Source: Phycisphaerae bacterium
GTDB lineage: Bacteria > Planctomycetota > Phycisphaerae > UBA1845
DNA: 64,000 nucleotides
Direction of reading: 5' to 3'
Assembly: GCA_963666835.2 (NCBI GenBank)
Contig: CAXXGO010000006.1
Coordinates: 1,216,001 to 1,280,000, forward strand
Shown here one piece after another: positions 51,251 through 62,114 of this stretch. The notes beneath the pieces are model-generated. The model saw nothing but the letters and a program-made list of their open reading frames with translations. It was not told where the DNA came from and searched no databases. The position numbers and the translations under genes are program-made. Within the stretch, counting starts at the first letter, position 1. Each line of letters opens with the position of its first letter.

Positions 51251-53136
51251 CTAATTACCCCCCCTGGGGACCTTGAAGACCCGGTCCGCCAGCGCTTTCT
51301 TGCCGTTGTGGGCCTTATCCGTAGGCGCGAACCGCTCCGTCAGCCTTCCCTCCGAGTCCACCAGGACCACAGCGCATTCTCTGGAGAGGGTCGGCTGGAA
51401 CCGGATCCCGCCGCCTCGTGCCTTCCGCTCGCGATACGGGTGTTCGAACTCGATGCTGACCACCGTAGCGCCGGGATCGAACGTCACTTCAGGTCGGTCA
51501 ACCTCGTTCGGAGCCCCAGGGACCCCGATTGGCACGCGTTTGGACAACGCGATTCGGTCGCCGAGACCAAAGGTCGCCCGAGTTGTGACCCAATAGCCGT
51601 CGAACCACTGATAGAACTCGACTTTGGCTCCATCACGCCGCGGATCTGCGCCGGTGATGAAGTAACAGCTCGTCGTTTCGAATACAATCGGCTCGGACGG
51701 TTCCGACCAGTCTCCGGCCACATACAATACCCGCGCATCCTCGATGTTCGCGAACTTGTCGGGCTCGGCAACCAGGCGGTTATACAGGGTGGCCCGGATC
51801 CGGAGCTGGTAAGTCCTTCCGCTCTGCAAAACCCCGGGGGCGGCGCAATGCGCCCAAACCTGCTGTTTGGGCAGCAGGACCCGCTCATCGTAGCTTTCAT
51901 CGGGGGTCTCTTCCCGGACCCCGCCCCGTCGCTCATTTCTCTTTCGCGAATGATGTCCTTTCTGAGCTGGTCAACCTCGTCTGCCAGCCTTTCCGCCTGC
52001 ATCTTCTGCGACGCGGAGGCATTTACGTGGCGATAGATGTCAATGTAAGTGTTGTAGGCCAGCATCGCGTCGGTTGCGGAGCGGTCTGTGCGGGCCTTGT
52101 CCGCGAGCTTGCGAGCGGTATCGAACAGGGCTTCGATTTCGTCGGCATTGCTCGATGCTCCGGCCGAGGTCCCGGCGTCTGCCGCTACAGGGGTCTCCAT
52201 CAGACCATACCGGTCTTCAAGCTCCGCATCCGGGATCGGTTCGAGCAAATTGGGGTGGATGTACTCATCATCCATCCTAAGTAGCTCGATGTACGGTACT
52301 ACGGGGGGGATTTCCCATTCCGTGCCGTTAAACACGGTGACCATTTGCGGCCTGATGATCTCGAGTTGTGTCAGCGGTTCTACGATAGCGCCCTGATACC
52401 GGTCGACCGCGCCCCGCTCATCCGATGGAACGAAGATCACCCCGTCCTCTTCCTCGAATGGGATAGCGGGCTCTTGCGGCATGGGAAATGCGGGCCAGGC
52501 CCGTACCGTCTCCCAATCGTCATCGGACCAGGTGCCGTCCGGCCGTTGGGCTCGCTTCTGAACCTCCGCCGGTCCGAAAATAACCTCGCTTCGCTGGCTA
52601 CCATAGGCATCCGCCTGCAGTCTTACCTGCTCGGCCCGGTTGAATAGCGACGAGATCGTCACCCAGTTCGAAACAACGTATGAATTCTCGTACTCGCCCG
52701 TGATTTCGAAGGTGCTGCGCCCGTGGGTAATCAGCGGCTTGTCGAACGGGACAACGTCGGTGAGCTTGGCCTGGCCGGCGATCCTGCCCGGGGGGTCAAT
52801 GATCGGCACGTCCGGCCCGATTCGGACCACGGCGGCCAGCTCGTCAGACAGCCGGTCGCCGTCAAACGGGTTAAGAGCGGCGGCGAAGGTTCCTTCGAGT
52901 GGCTCGAACCCGGGATCATCCGGCTCTAAGTTCCGGATGCGCATGCGCACGTCGGTCGCCTTCCGGGCCAGCTTCTCGTCAATCGTGCTCGGCGTGACCA
53001 TCTCGCCGGCCAGTTCGATCTGGTTCGGCGAGGTCACGAGGTACATTGCGATGACCGCTATCAGACCGATTCCCATGAGCCCCAGCACGACTTTCTCGAC
53101 GTGCCGTTCGATCGGGCTGACCACCTGTTTTGCCAT
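51251..53136 (-). CDS. Hypothetical pilus-cluster protein, frameshifted at ~51905
   Basis: ORFs 51484-53136 and 51251-51829 join across a G5/C5 run to give ..DERVLLPKQQVWAHCAAPGVLQSGRTYQLR; N-terminal TM. Confidence 0.7.
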
Positions 53137-53276
53137 CGTCTAATTCTCCTGCTCTTCTCGTCAGCGTCGTCGCGGACGGCTGGTCGGGCTATGCTGCCGG
53201 CGAGGGTCGGCGGCACCCCGGCGTCTTGCCGAAGCGCCTTTTCAGTACGCGGCTTTCGCCGGGGAGGGTCGGGCAA

Positions 53277-54584
53277 TCAACCCTCTTCGTCGGTCTCCTC
53301 CTCCTCTTCTTCTTCCAGCTCCGTGAACACTGCGCCGTATCCGGCGCTTTCAAGAACCTCACGGACTGCCGGCGGCATGAGCGGTCGGAAGACCTCGCCG
53401 AGCAGCACCGTTTCGAAATCCATCACTACCAATACCGTCGGTTCGGATCCGTAGACCTTCCCGGTCATGTTGAGGTTCGGGGGGACCGCCGAGTAGGACA
53501 CCCGCAGCAGGGTATGGAACGTGCCGGTGGTTAGCTTCTCGACGAGCTTGAGTATATCCCGCTGATCCATCACCAACTTGACGGTGAACTGCATGACTTC
53601 GAAGGTGCGTGTCGAACTCGTCTTGGTGAATACGCTGTCCCCGGTGGTCGGCGGAAACGCGTCGCCGAAGCCGGATGCCGGCGCTCCGCCGGCTTCTCCG
53701 GCGTCCGGAAGGATGAAACCCTCCGAGGTACGGATCGAGACGACTTCCTTGACGGGCATCATCCCGATCCAGATGGTCTCACCGCGGGCTCGGGCGGCCG
53801 AAGCGGCCTCGTTGTTGACCGCGACGATCGCATCGACCACGTCCTTCTGTAGCCAGTAGTCCATCTGGGCTCCCCAGACGTCCTCAGGGTACGGAGCATC
53901 TACGAGTCCCGTATCAACCATTTCCACATGGAAGCTCAGGCTTGAGGCCATGTTGGGCTTCAACGCGTCTTTGTCCGTGTGATGAATGGCGTAGCAGTAG
54001 TAGCTCTGGGCCAGGGCCATAGCCGCGCGCGCTTCCGCATTCTTGCGCGCCCCGGCCTTGGTGAGGACGCCCGCCGGAGACCGCGGAGGGCCGGTTTGCT
54101 CCGGGGGTGTTGCCGCCGCGCCGGCGTCGGCACCGAGGTTCTGGGCCCGGTACTCTTCGTCGGCGATCTTGTCCTTCATCGCGTCCAGGTCGGCTTGCGT
54201 AGGTACCCGAGTGGAGTTCAGCGACGCGAACAACTGCTCCATTGCTTCGGTGTACACCACGCGGAACCTCCGCAACGAGTTGTCACTTCCCGTGGGGAAG
54301 ACCCCTTCCATCAGCGGCTTATAGTGGTAGAGCCCCTTCGCTTGAGCAAAGACCGCGTCGCGGTCTGCGACGGTCCGATCGATCCTCTCTTCTTGGATTG
54401 CGATGCTGTCCTGGTTGGCCGCCCCGACTTGGAGCCGGTCCAGTTCCTCGATTAGCCCCTTGCCCGACTCCATCTCGCGCACCACCTTCGGCATGGAATT
54501 GAGGCCGGTGGCAGCCAGGGCGATGCCGCCGACCGCGGCCAACCCGCAGATGATGTAGAACGCGTGTCGTCGCAGAAACTCCAT
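53277..54584 (-). CDS. Single-TM pilus-cluster protein (PilO-like position)
   Basis: GAGGGAG RBS, N-terminal TM, follows pilM. Confidence 0.72.
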   Translation of the reverse strand: MEFLRRHAFYIICGLAAVGGIALAATGLNSMPKVVREMESGKGLIEELDRLQVGAANQDSIAIQEERIDRTVADRDAVFAQAKGLYHYKPLMEGVFPTGSDNSLRRFRVVYTEAMEQLFASLNSTRVPTQADLDAMKDKIADEEYRAQNLGADAGAAATPPEQTGPPRSPAGVLTKAGARKNAEARAAMALAQSYYCYAIHHTDKDALKPNMASSLSFHVEMVDTGLVDAPYPEDVWGAQMDYWLQKDVVDAIVAVNNEAASAARARGETIWIGMMPVKEVVSIRTSEGFILPDAGEAGGAPASGFGDAFPPTTGDSVFTKTSSTRTFEVMQFTVKLVMDQRDILKLVEKLTTGTFHTLLRVSYSAVPPNLNMTGKVYGSEPTVLVVMDFETVLLGEVFRPLMPPAVREVLESAGYGAVFTELEEEEEEETDEEG

Positions 54585-54671
54585 GGGCTTAGACTCCCTC
54601 AATACCGCGGTTTGCGGCTTGTTTGTCTCGGCCGAACGCCGCTTGCTTCTCTTCGAGATCGCCCGAGGTCA

Positions 54672-56669
54672 CTAGTCCTCTTCCTCCTCCTCGGCGGATT
54701 CCTCCTCGAGCTCCGATTCCGGGAGGTCCTCGAGAATCGCGTCCACCCAGATCTCAAACTCCCAATCATCATTCGTCGGCTCGTTGGTGACCGGGTCACG
54801 GTTCTCTTCGCTTTTCGATTCCGTGCCTCCCCACCCGGCACCACCGGCCGGTGAACCGCTGCCGGATACCTTACCGCCGGCAAGCAGCCACACTCTGTCG
54901 AAGTAGAACCCCGCGTTCGGGCGGCGGCCATTCTCGCGCAACGTAGTCATGAACGTATCGCCCACGTACTTGGGCCCGCCATCGTTGGGTAGCCGGCAGA
55001 TGATTCGAATGCCGAAGCCCGGGAGAGGGTCTCCCGAGTCGTTGATCCGATACCCGGCTTCAATGAGGCTCTCGCCGAGTTCCAGTTCATTCAGGTCCGC
55101 AAAGTACTCCATGTTCACGGACCGGATCGACACGCGCTGTCGCTTGGCGCGAGGAGGAGCGCCCGCGGCGATGGCCGCCAGCAACTCTGTTTGCGTCTGC
55201 GCCTGACCGAGCGCTCCAGGATCCGTTGGGACGGATTCGTGGATGGCCTGGAGGATTTGCGGCACGATGCCCTTGTTTCGCTGTGCTGCGATCAGTGACT
55301 CGGTGTCCTCACGCTCATCCTGCCCTTCGTTCGTTAGTTGTTGCAGGCGAGATTTGAGTACCTTGGCGGCCTCTTTGACCATCGCGGCTTGTCCCCACGG
55401 AGACAGCGATGACGACGGTCCATTGTCGATTATGCCCGGCGCTTGATCGATGTTCACCTGGACTCGGTCCATCTCCTCTGCCCCGGCGGCAAGAGCCCCC
55501 ATGTCCGTAATCTGCCTGAACCAAATAGCTCCGCCGGCCAGAACCAGGCAAGCCGCGGCGGCAGCGAAAGCCGGACGCTTCTTCCGCCAGACCACCTGCT
55601 TGGCGATTTCGACCGGAAGCAGGTTGCTCGTTATGGCCGTAAGTTCCAGACCCTGCAGGGCCAATCCGTATGCCACTGCGAAGCTGAGGAAGTCGTCGGT
55701 AAGAGCCCCGGCGGATGCCGCCGGAGACGGAACGATGTTCTGAAACGCTTTGGGAACCTCGACGGTGATTCCGAGGTTCTGCTCCAGGTATTTCTGCAGC
55801 CCGGGCAGTTTGAAGGCGTTGCCCACGCCGACGACTTTGTCGATCTGGGCATCGCGATGGGTGGACGAGTAGAACCCCATCGACCTTTGCAGCTCCTGAA
55901 CGATGTCCGCAAATATCGGACGCATCGCCTGGAAGACCTGTCGGCGATACTTGCTCGACTCGGCCGTGCGCTTGAGGCTCTCTGCCTTAGCGAACGACAG
56001 CTTGAAGGACTTCATCAGGGCTTCGGTGAACCGATTGCCCCCGAGCTGGATCGTGCGAGTCCAAAGGCTGCCGGCCGTGGCGATGATCAGGTCTGCGTTA
56101 TCCGCCCCGATGTCCAGCAAGACGGTCGTTTCCGGACCCAACAGCCCATCGTATTGCGCGGCATTGTACACCGCGAGCGGCGCACATTGGACCGCGATGG
56201 GTTCGATTGCGGCTTGCTCGAAGTGGAGCAAGTGCTCGCGAAGCAACTCGCGTTTCATTGCGAAGATGCCAACCTCGACGTCCGGCAGATCCTCCTGCTC
56301 AAAAGTCTGATAGTCCCAGATGACCTCGTCCATATCGAACGGAATCTGCTGATCCGCTTCGTACCGAACGATGTCGGGTATCCGTTTGGCGGAGACCGGC
56401 GGCAGCTTCGTGAACCGGGCGAGGGTGTGCTGGCCGGGAACGCTGATGACCACTCGATCCTTGGACAGGTCATTGCGCGAAAGGAACTTCTCCAATGCGT
56501 TGGCGATCAACTCCTGTCGATCGGCGTCCGGTTGGGACAGAATCGTAGCGTGTTCGACGAAGTCATGTGCCAGAACTTCGACCTTACCCTCCGCCCCGAT
56601 CCGCACCTTGATGGCTTTGAGGGCGCAACGGCCCACATCTATCCCCCAAGCCGCCTGTGTGATCGCCAT
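54672..56669 (-). CDS. pilM: Type IV pilus assembly protein PilM with fused PilN-like C-terminal half
   Basis: WGIDVGRCALKAIK, YEADQQIPF, LDIGAD, GGNRFTEAL, then NLLP motif, TM and periplasmic domain. Confidence 0.9.
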   Translation of the reverse strand: MAITQAAWGIDVGRCALKAIKVRIGAEGKVEVLAHDFVEHATILSQPDADRQELIANALEKFLSRNDLSKDRVVISVPGQHTLARFTKLPPVSAKRIPDIVRYEADQQIPFDMDEVIWDYQTFEQEDLPDVEVGIFAMKRELLREHLLHFEQAAIEPIAVQCAPLAVYNAAQYDGLLGPETTVLLDIGADNADLIIATAGSLWTRTIQLGGNRFTEALMKSFKLSFAKAESLKRTAESSKYRRQVFQAMRPIFADIVQELQRSMGFYSSTHRDAQIDKVVGVGNAFKLPGLQKYLEQNLGITVEVPKAFQNIVPSPAASAGALTDDFLSFAVAYGLALQGLELTAITSNLLPVEIAKQVVWRKKRPAFAAAAACLVLAGGAIWFRQITDMGALAAGAEEMDRVQVNIDQAPGIIDNGPSSSLSPWGQAAMVKEAAKVLKSRLQQLTNEGQDEREDTESLIAAQRNKGIVPQILQAIHESVPTDPGALGQAQTQTELLAAIAAGAPPRAKRQRVSIRSVNMEYFADLNELELGESLIEAGYRINDSGDPLPGFGIRIICRLPNDGGPKYVGDTFMTTLRENGRRPNAGFYFDRVWLLAGGKVSGSGSPAGGAGWGGTESKSEENRDPVTNEPTNDDWEFEIWVDAILEDLPESELEEESAEEEEED

Positions 56670-56786
56670 CGGCCTATTCTCCGTGATGTCCCGGCACGCT
56701 CCACGACAACGGCGGCCATGCTCCAGGCCGGCCGGCTGTCGAGGGTTGCCTTTTCTATGTCCCTGCTCGCGGGTAGATTCCCGAGC

Positions 56787-58316
56787 ATGGCCGCAAAGTA
56801 TCTGCTGAGGACGCTCGGCTGTAAAGTCAATCAATACGAGACGCAACGGATTCGTGAGCTGATCGAGTCGCTCGGATTCCAACCCGCCGACTCCGATCAG
56901 GCTGCCGACCTTGCCGTCATCAACAGTTGCGCGGTCACCGCCGGTGCCGCGCGCAAAAGCCGCCAGATGATCCGCCGCGCAGCACGCGGCGGAGCTGTCA
57001 CATTCGTTGTCGGATGCATTGATTCCGCGGATGCTGAACACCTGCGCAGCCTCAAAGGCGTGACCGCCGTGGTCAGACGCGACTGTGATGTCTGCGCAAC
57101 GCTGCGGACCCTCATCGCCGCTCACATACCGGAAACCCCGCCTCCGCCAAGTGCGGAGGTCGTCGACAGAGGGAAGGCACCGCGTCAGCATCCGGGCGCC
57201 AACGGGAATGACGTATGGATGAAACCGTGTTCTTCGGGCCCAAAAGACCCGATACGGGCACCCCGGTGCACGAGCTCGCCAACCGATAACATTGTTCACC
57301 GTTTAGGTTCCGTTGTCAAGGATGCTGGAGCGCTGACGGAGCGGATCACGCGCTTCGCAGGACACCAACGCGCATTCCTGAAGGTCCAAGACGGCTGCGA
57401 TGCGTTCTGCACCTACTGCATCGTCCCGCGGCTCCGTACCATCATGGCCTTCAAGCCGAGAGACCTCGCCGTCGCCGAAGCCCGCGATCTGGTCCGCGCC
57501 GGACACCGCGAGATTGTCGTCACCGGGATTTATCTCGGGGCGTACGGCCGGGCTACCCGCGGTTCGCCGTCGGTTCGCGCGAGGGCCTTCGCCGCTTGCG
57601 GGGCTGGTCGAGGCGCTGGCGGCGGTAAGCGGTCTTGAGCGGCTCCGCCTTTCCAGTCTCGAGCCCGGTGACGTTGACGAGTCACTCTTAGACGTGCTTA
57701 GCCGGCACGCCAACTGTGTGCCACACCTGCACTTGCCCCTACAGTCCGGTAGTCCCGGCGTTTTGCAGCGGATGAACCGCCAATACACCCGCGAGGGACT
57801 ACGTCGAAGTGATCCAACGGGTCCGCTCCGCTTTGGACCGCCCCGCGATTACCACGGATATCATCGGTCGGTTTTCCGGACGAAACCGAGGAGGATTTCG
57901 AGTTATCGGTCGACATTGCCCGGCAAGCGCGGTTCGTCAAGATCCATGCGTTCCCCTTCAGTCCCCGAGCCGGTACCGCCGCCGCCCGCCGGCCGGATCG
58001 GTTCGTTTCGCCCGAAGTGGTCCGCCGCCGAATGTTGCGGTTGGGCGAAGTCGAGCGGGATTGCTCCCTGGCATTCCGCCGGGATGCCGTCGGAACCGCA
58101 GAGAGCGTCCTCGTGGAGGCTGTTGCGGACCGAGGCGACGCCAGCGGGAAGAACGCCCGTTGGCACTGCCGAGGACGGGCCGCCCGCTATTTCGAGGTTT
58201 CGTTCGAGAGCCCGACCGCGATCCCGGCAGGCGAGATCGTCCCCGTACGCCTGACCCGGGCAACGCCGGAATCAACCGAGGGAGAACCCGTAATCCCTGG
58301 CGGGGGGGTTGACTGA
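56787..58316 (+). CDS. mtaB: tRNA methylthiotransferase MtaB (MiaB family), three apparent frameshifts
   Basis: [68 protein letters not shown]; extra bases near 57557, 57796, 57867. Confidence 0.88.
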
Positions 58317-58370
58317 AGTGAACCCTTGACATCGCTCCCTTTTCGGCTGGCGTGAGTTCGAAGGAGAAGG

Positions 58371-58960
58371 TGCCGGGTGCCATGGCCCACGCTTGCGTGG
58401 CCATGGAGGATAGGATCGACCGCGAGTTTCGTAGGGCACGGTCGAGGTACGAGACCTTGCCGTCCTGGCTGGCCGGGTGCCATGGCCCACGCTGCCGGGT
58501 GCCATGGCCCACGCTTGCGTGGCCCATGGAGGATAGGATCGACTACGAGTTCCGTAGGGCACGGTCGAGGTACGAGACCTGCCGCAAAAACGCCTATCGC
58601 GCGAAGATGTGCCGGGTGCCATGGTCCACGCTTGCGTGGCCATGGCGGATAGGATCGACTGCGAGTTCCGTAGGGCACGGTCGAGGTACGAGACCTGCCG
58701 CAAAAACGCCTGTCGCGCGAAGATGTGCCGGGTGCCATGACCCACGCTTGCCGGGTGCCATGGAGGATAGGATCGACCGCGAGTTTCGTAGGGCACGGTC
58801 GAGGTACGAGACCTGCCGCAAAAACGCCTGTCGCGCAAAGATGTGCCGCCCACAAGATCTTCACACGGGCTGGTGTGCACTGCTCTTGAGCAGTGCAGAA
58901 TCGTCGTTGACACCCGGTTTGTCATCTCTCGTAGGGCACGGTCGAGGAACGAGACCTGCC
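58371..58960. repeat. BIME-like tandem array (~116-123 bp period) alternating two palindrome families
   Basis: GTAGGGCACGGTCGAGGTACGAGACCTGCC at 58431, 58554, 58670, 58788 (and 58931) alternating with TGCCATGGCCCACGCTTGCGTGGCCATGG. Confidence 0.9.
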
Positions 58961-59018
58961 ATCGAGACCGCAATGGCCCGAGTCGCACGAATATGTGCCA
59001 CGCGCATGCCTCGCGGAA

Positions 59019-59290
59019 CCAGCCCGCCAGGGCGGCAGCTCTGCCTAGCCCGCGGGCGTCAGCCGTGGGATCGAGTCGCAAGTCAACCCAAGCCCCGCCA
59101 GGGGCGGCACTTCGATGATCGAAGAGGTCCCGGCCAGCGCCAACGTATTCCCCTTATGATGTTGAATCACCGGCATCCGATCCAAACCTCGATGTCTTGT
59201 GCCGCCCCCGAGGGGGCTTGGCGCGAGGCGGCCGCACGGTTCCCCCAGGCTTACGCCATGGGGCTACAGGACCTGTCGCCCCAAGGGGCT
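59019..59290 (+). mobile_element. ~270-bp REPIN/MITE-like element, copy 3
   Basis: Aligns with 41947-42212 and 42786-43053. Confidence 0.85.
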
Positions 59291-59299
59291 TGGCTTGCG

Positions 59300-59549
59300 A
59301 CAGGGCCGAGGCACGAGACCTGCCGCAACGGCGCGCGAGGACCTCGTAGGGCACGGTCGAGGAACGAGACCTGCCACAATGGCGAGCGTCGCGCGAGGAC
59401 CACGTAGGGCATGGTCGAGGCACGAGACCTGCCACAAAGGCGAGCGTCGCGCAAGGACCACGTAGGGCACGGTCGAGGAACGAGACCTGCCACGATAGCG
59501 CGCGTCGCGCGAGGACCGCGGCAGGTCTCGTTCCTCGACCATGCCCTAC
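59300..59549. repeat. GTAG-REP tandem array, 58-bp period, last copy inverted
   Basis: Copies at 59346, 59404, 59462; inverted 59520-59549; similar 28-bp linkers. Confidence 0.9.
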
Positions 59550-59759
59550 ACGCGCCTGCGCCGCCCTATCAGACGGCGGAGCGTGAGCGACCCGCCTCAT
59601 GAGCGATACGTAGCGACCTGGCCACGCATCGTGCCCGCTCTCTCACCAGTCGCGGGTACCGATAGGCCGGCGACCTGGGCGCGCACCACGGCCGCTCCCG
59701 CACCGGTCGCGGGTACCGACCGAACGATAATCCGCTCACTGACATATTGTTAATTCACC

Positions 59760-59788
59760 TTGACATGGGCGTCGAGATTGGATATCGT
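59760..59788 (+). promoter_or_regulatory. Sigma70-type promoter
   Basis: TTGACA-N17-TATCGT, then GGAGG RBS and ATG at 59822. Confidence 0.65.
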
Positions 59789-59821
59789 AGTACGCGGTCT
59801 TCTATGGAGGGAGGGTAGGTC

Positions 59822-61261
59822 ATGCCCAGGCGACTGTCGTTATTGGTTGTTCTTCTTGCGGTTTTCGCCCGCGTCCGTTTTCGCTGATGAGGTCCTTTAT
59901 CGGTACGAGGGCGACGTCCTGCCCTACGATCCCTCGGAGGGCTGGGACGTCTTCAAGGAATGCGTGGACCCGTGCAGCGAGAGCTTGGCGGACGGCCATT
60001 TCATTCTCCACTGGTCGGACTGTTGCGGACAGGCCCATTACAACCGCGACATCACCGAGATAGGCGAGGAACAGCCGCCCACCCTGTGGTAGAATGGCGT
60101 TTTCGCTCCAACCTTCCGGTCGGGCCCATCTTCACCCAATGTGACGCCAGCCTCACCGTGGTCTTCCGCGAGATTGTGGATTGGATAGAAATCTACGGAG
60201 ATTCGGCGTTCTCGGCAGGCGGAACCGGTTCGATAACAGGACTCGATGTTGACGAGTTCCACACCTATAGGTTCGAGAGCCTCGACGGCACCAACTACCG
60301 GTACTCGGTCGACGGTATCGTGTTTCTCGTACATGCCCGAGCACGGAGGTTACACATATGAGCTACGTACAGCTCTCCAGCCGGAACGCGTGCGGCGACT
60401 GGACCACCAACAAGATTCACGAGTGGGACGCATTGCGGTACGGGACCGTCTCGCTTGGGGAGCAGATCATCGCCACCGATCCGCCCGCCGGCGAGATCGA
60501 CACAGCTTCATACCCCGGCCTCGATCGGTTCAGCGTAACGTTCGATTCGGCCAACAACGTGTACACTGATGAGATCACCGTAGAGGTCACCGGCGGGCCC
60601 GTGCCCGTGGTCACCCCAGGTACTACGCCTTGAGGAATACGACGTCGATACCGTGCAGGTCGTCCTGGACCGTACCCTGACGACGGGCGAGACCACTACG
60701 TTCACCTTCGACGACGGCGCCGCCGTCAATGTGGTCCAATACGTCTACGGCGCCGTGGAGGCCTGCTGCCAGGCGGACGGTAGCTGCACAAACCTCCCGG
60801 CCGAAGACCTGCACCACCGCCGGCGGCACCCCGCAGGGCGAGCTGACCGCGTGTGAAGGCGATGCCGACGGCGACGGCGTGGACGGCAACTGCGGCGATG
60901 CCTGCCCGAACAACGTCGGCAAGACCGATCCCGGCGTATGTGGATGCGGCAGCCCCGACATCGATTCCGACAACGATGGCACCACTGGACTGCCTCGACG
61001 CCTGCAGGAACGACCCGGACAAGATCGAACCGGGTATCTGCGGCTGCGGAGTAAGCGATTACCTCGATGCGGATGATGACACCGTCCCGGACTGCATCGA
61101 CCAATGCGAAGGCTTGGACGACCGCTACGACCACGACGGCAACGGAATCCCGGACTGCACCCAGTACCATCCCCACCGTCTCAACCTGGGGCCTGGTCGT
61201 ACTGACGCTGCTGCTAATGACCCTGAGCAAACTGGCTTTCTCGACCCGCCGGAATTCGTAG
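59822..61261 (+). CDS. Secreted Cys-rich protein with IPTL-CTERM sorting signal, multiple frameshifts
   Basis: Fragments DEVLYRYEGDVLP / VEWRFRSN / WDALRYG / CCQADGSC / KTDPGVCGCG repeats / IPTVSTWGLVVLTLLLMTLSKLAFSTRR. Confidence 0.75.
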
Positions 61262-62090
61262 GGCACGGTCGAGGCACGAGACCTGCCACGATAGCGCGCG
61301 TCGCGCGAGGACCTCGTAGGGCAGGTCGAGGCACGAGACCTGCCGCAATAGCGCGCGTCGCGCTGAGGACCTCGTAGGGCACGGTCGAGGCACGAGACCT
61401 GCCGTCCTGGGTGGCCATGGGCAAGCGTCGCCGATTTGCGCAGCGACAGTACCGGTCGTCACTCGATCTCGCGTTAGGGTCATGGACCGTTCCGGCTTGC
61501 CCGTGATGCCTGCGGCTCGCCAAGCTCCACGGGTCAACAAGTTGACCCATGCCACCCGGTTGGCACCCCCTGTAGGGCACGGTCGAGGAACGAGACCTGC
61601 CACGATGGCGCGCGTCGCGCGCGGACCTCGTAGGGCACGGGTCGAGGCACGAGACCTGCCGTCCTGGGTGGCATGGGCAAGCGTCGCCGATTTGCGCAGC
61701 GAAGTACCGGTCGTCACTCGATCTCGCGTTAGGGTCATGGACCGTTCCAGCCTTGCCCGTGATGCCTGCGGCTCGCCAAGCTCCACGGGTCAACAAGTTG
61801 ACCCATGCCACCCGGTTGTCACCCCCCTGTAGGGCACGGTCGAGGAACGAGACCTGCCACGATGGCACGCGTCGCGCAAGGACCGGCGGCAGGTCTCGTT
61901 CCTCGACCATGCCCTACACCGGCCTGCGCTGCCCTATCAGCGCAGCGGGCGTAAGCGACCCGCCCCAATCGGTACGGCAAGCGTGAGCGACCCGCCGGTC
62001 CTGCCGGGTCAGCAGGTAGGATCCGTTCCCCGGACCGGCATCTGCTCCACGGGTCAACAGGTTGACCCATGACACCCGGTTGGCACCCCG
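61258..62090. repeat. REP mosaic including a ~256-bp tandem duplication
   Basis: GTAG-REP at 61258, 61316, 61374, 61572, 61630, 61829, inverted 61888-61917; GGGTCAACA(A/G)GTTGACCC hairpin x3; 61374-61629 repeated from 61630. Confidence 0.9.
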
Positions 62091-62114
62091 CGCACGTTTT
62101 TGCGCGGCGTAGCG

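Noticed and set aside
55443..57299. Long overlapping ORFs 55443-57638 (+) and 54672-57299 (-)
   Set aside because: Antisense extensions in high-GC DNA; real starts are mtaB 56787 and pilM 56669
57550..57880. Programmed frameshifting or pseudogenisation of mtaB
   Set aside because: Three separate single-base insertions within a region of general indel noise; no slippery site with stimulator seen
59300..59549. CRISPR-like array of 30-bp repeats with 28-bp spacers (also 43112-43258, 61258-61403)
   Set aside because: Spacers resemble each other, the final repeat is inverted, copies are dispersed, the unit is GTAG plus hairpin (REP), and no cas genes are present
58187..59602. Many ORFs with MATQAW / VGHGRGTRP repeats (also 42083-43464, 61125-62070)
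   Set aside because: Translations of REP palindromes, not credible proteins
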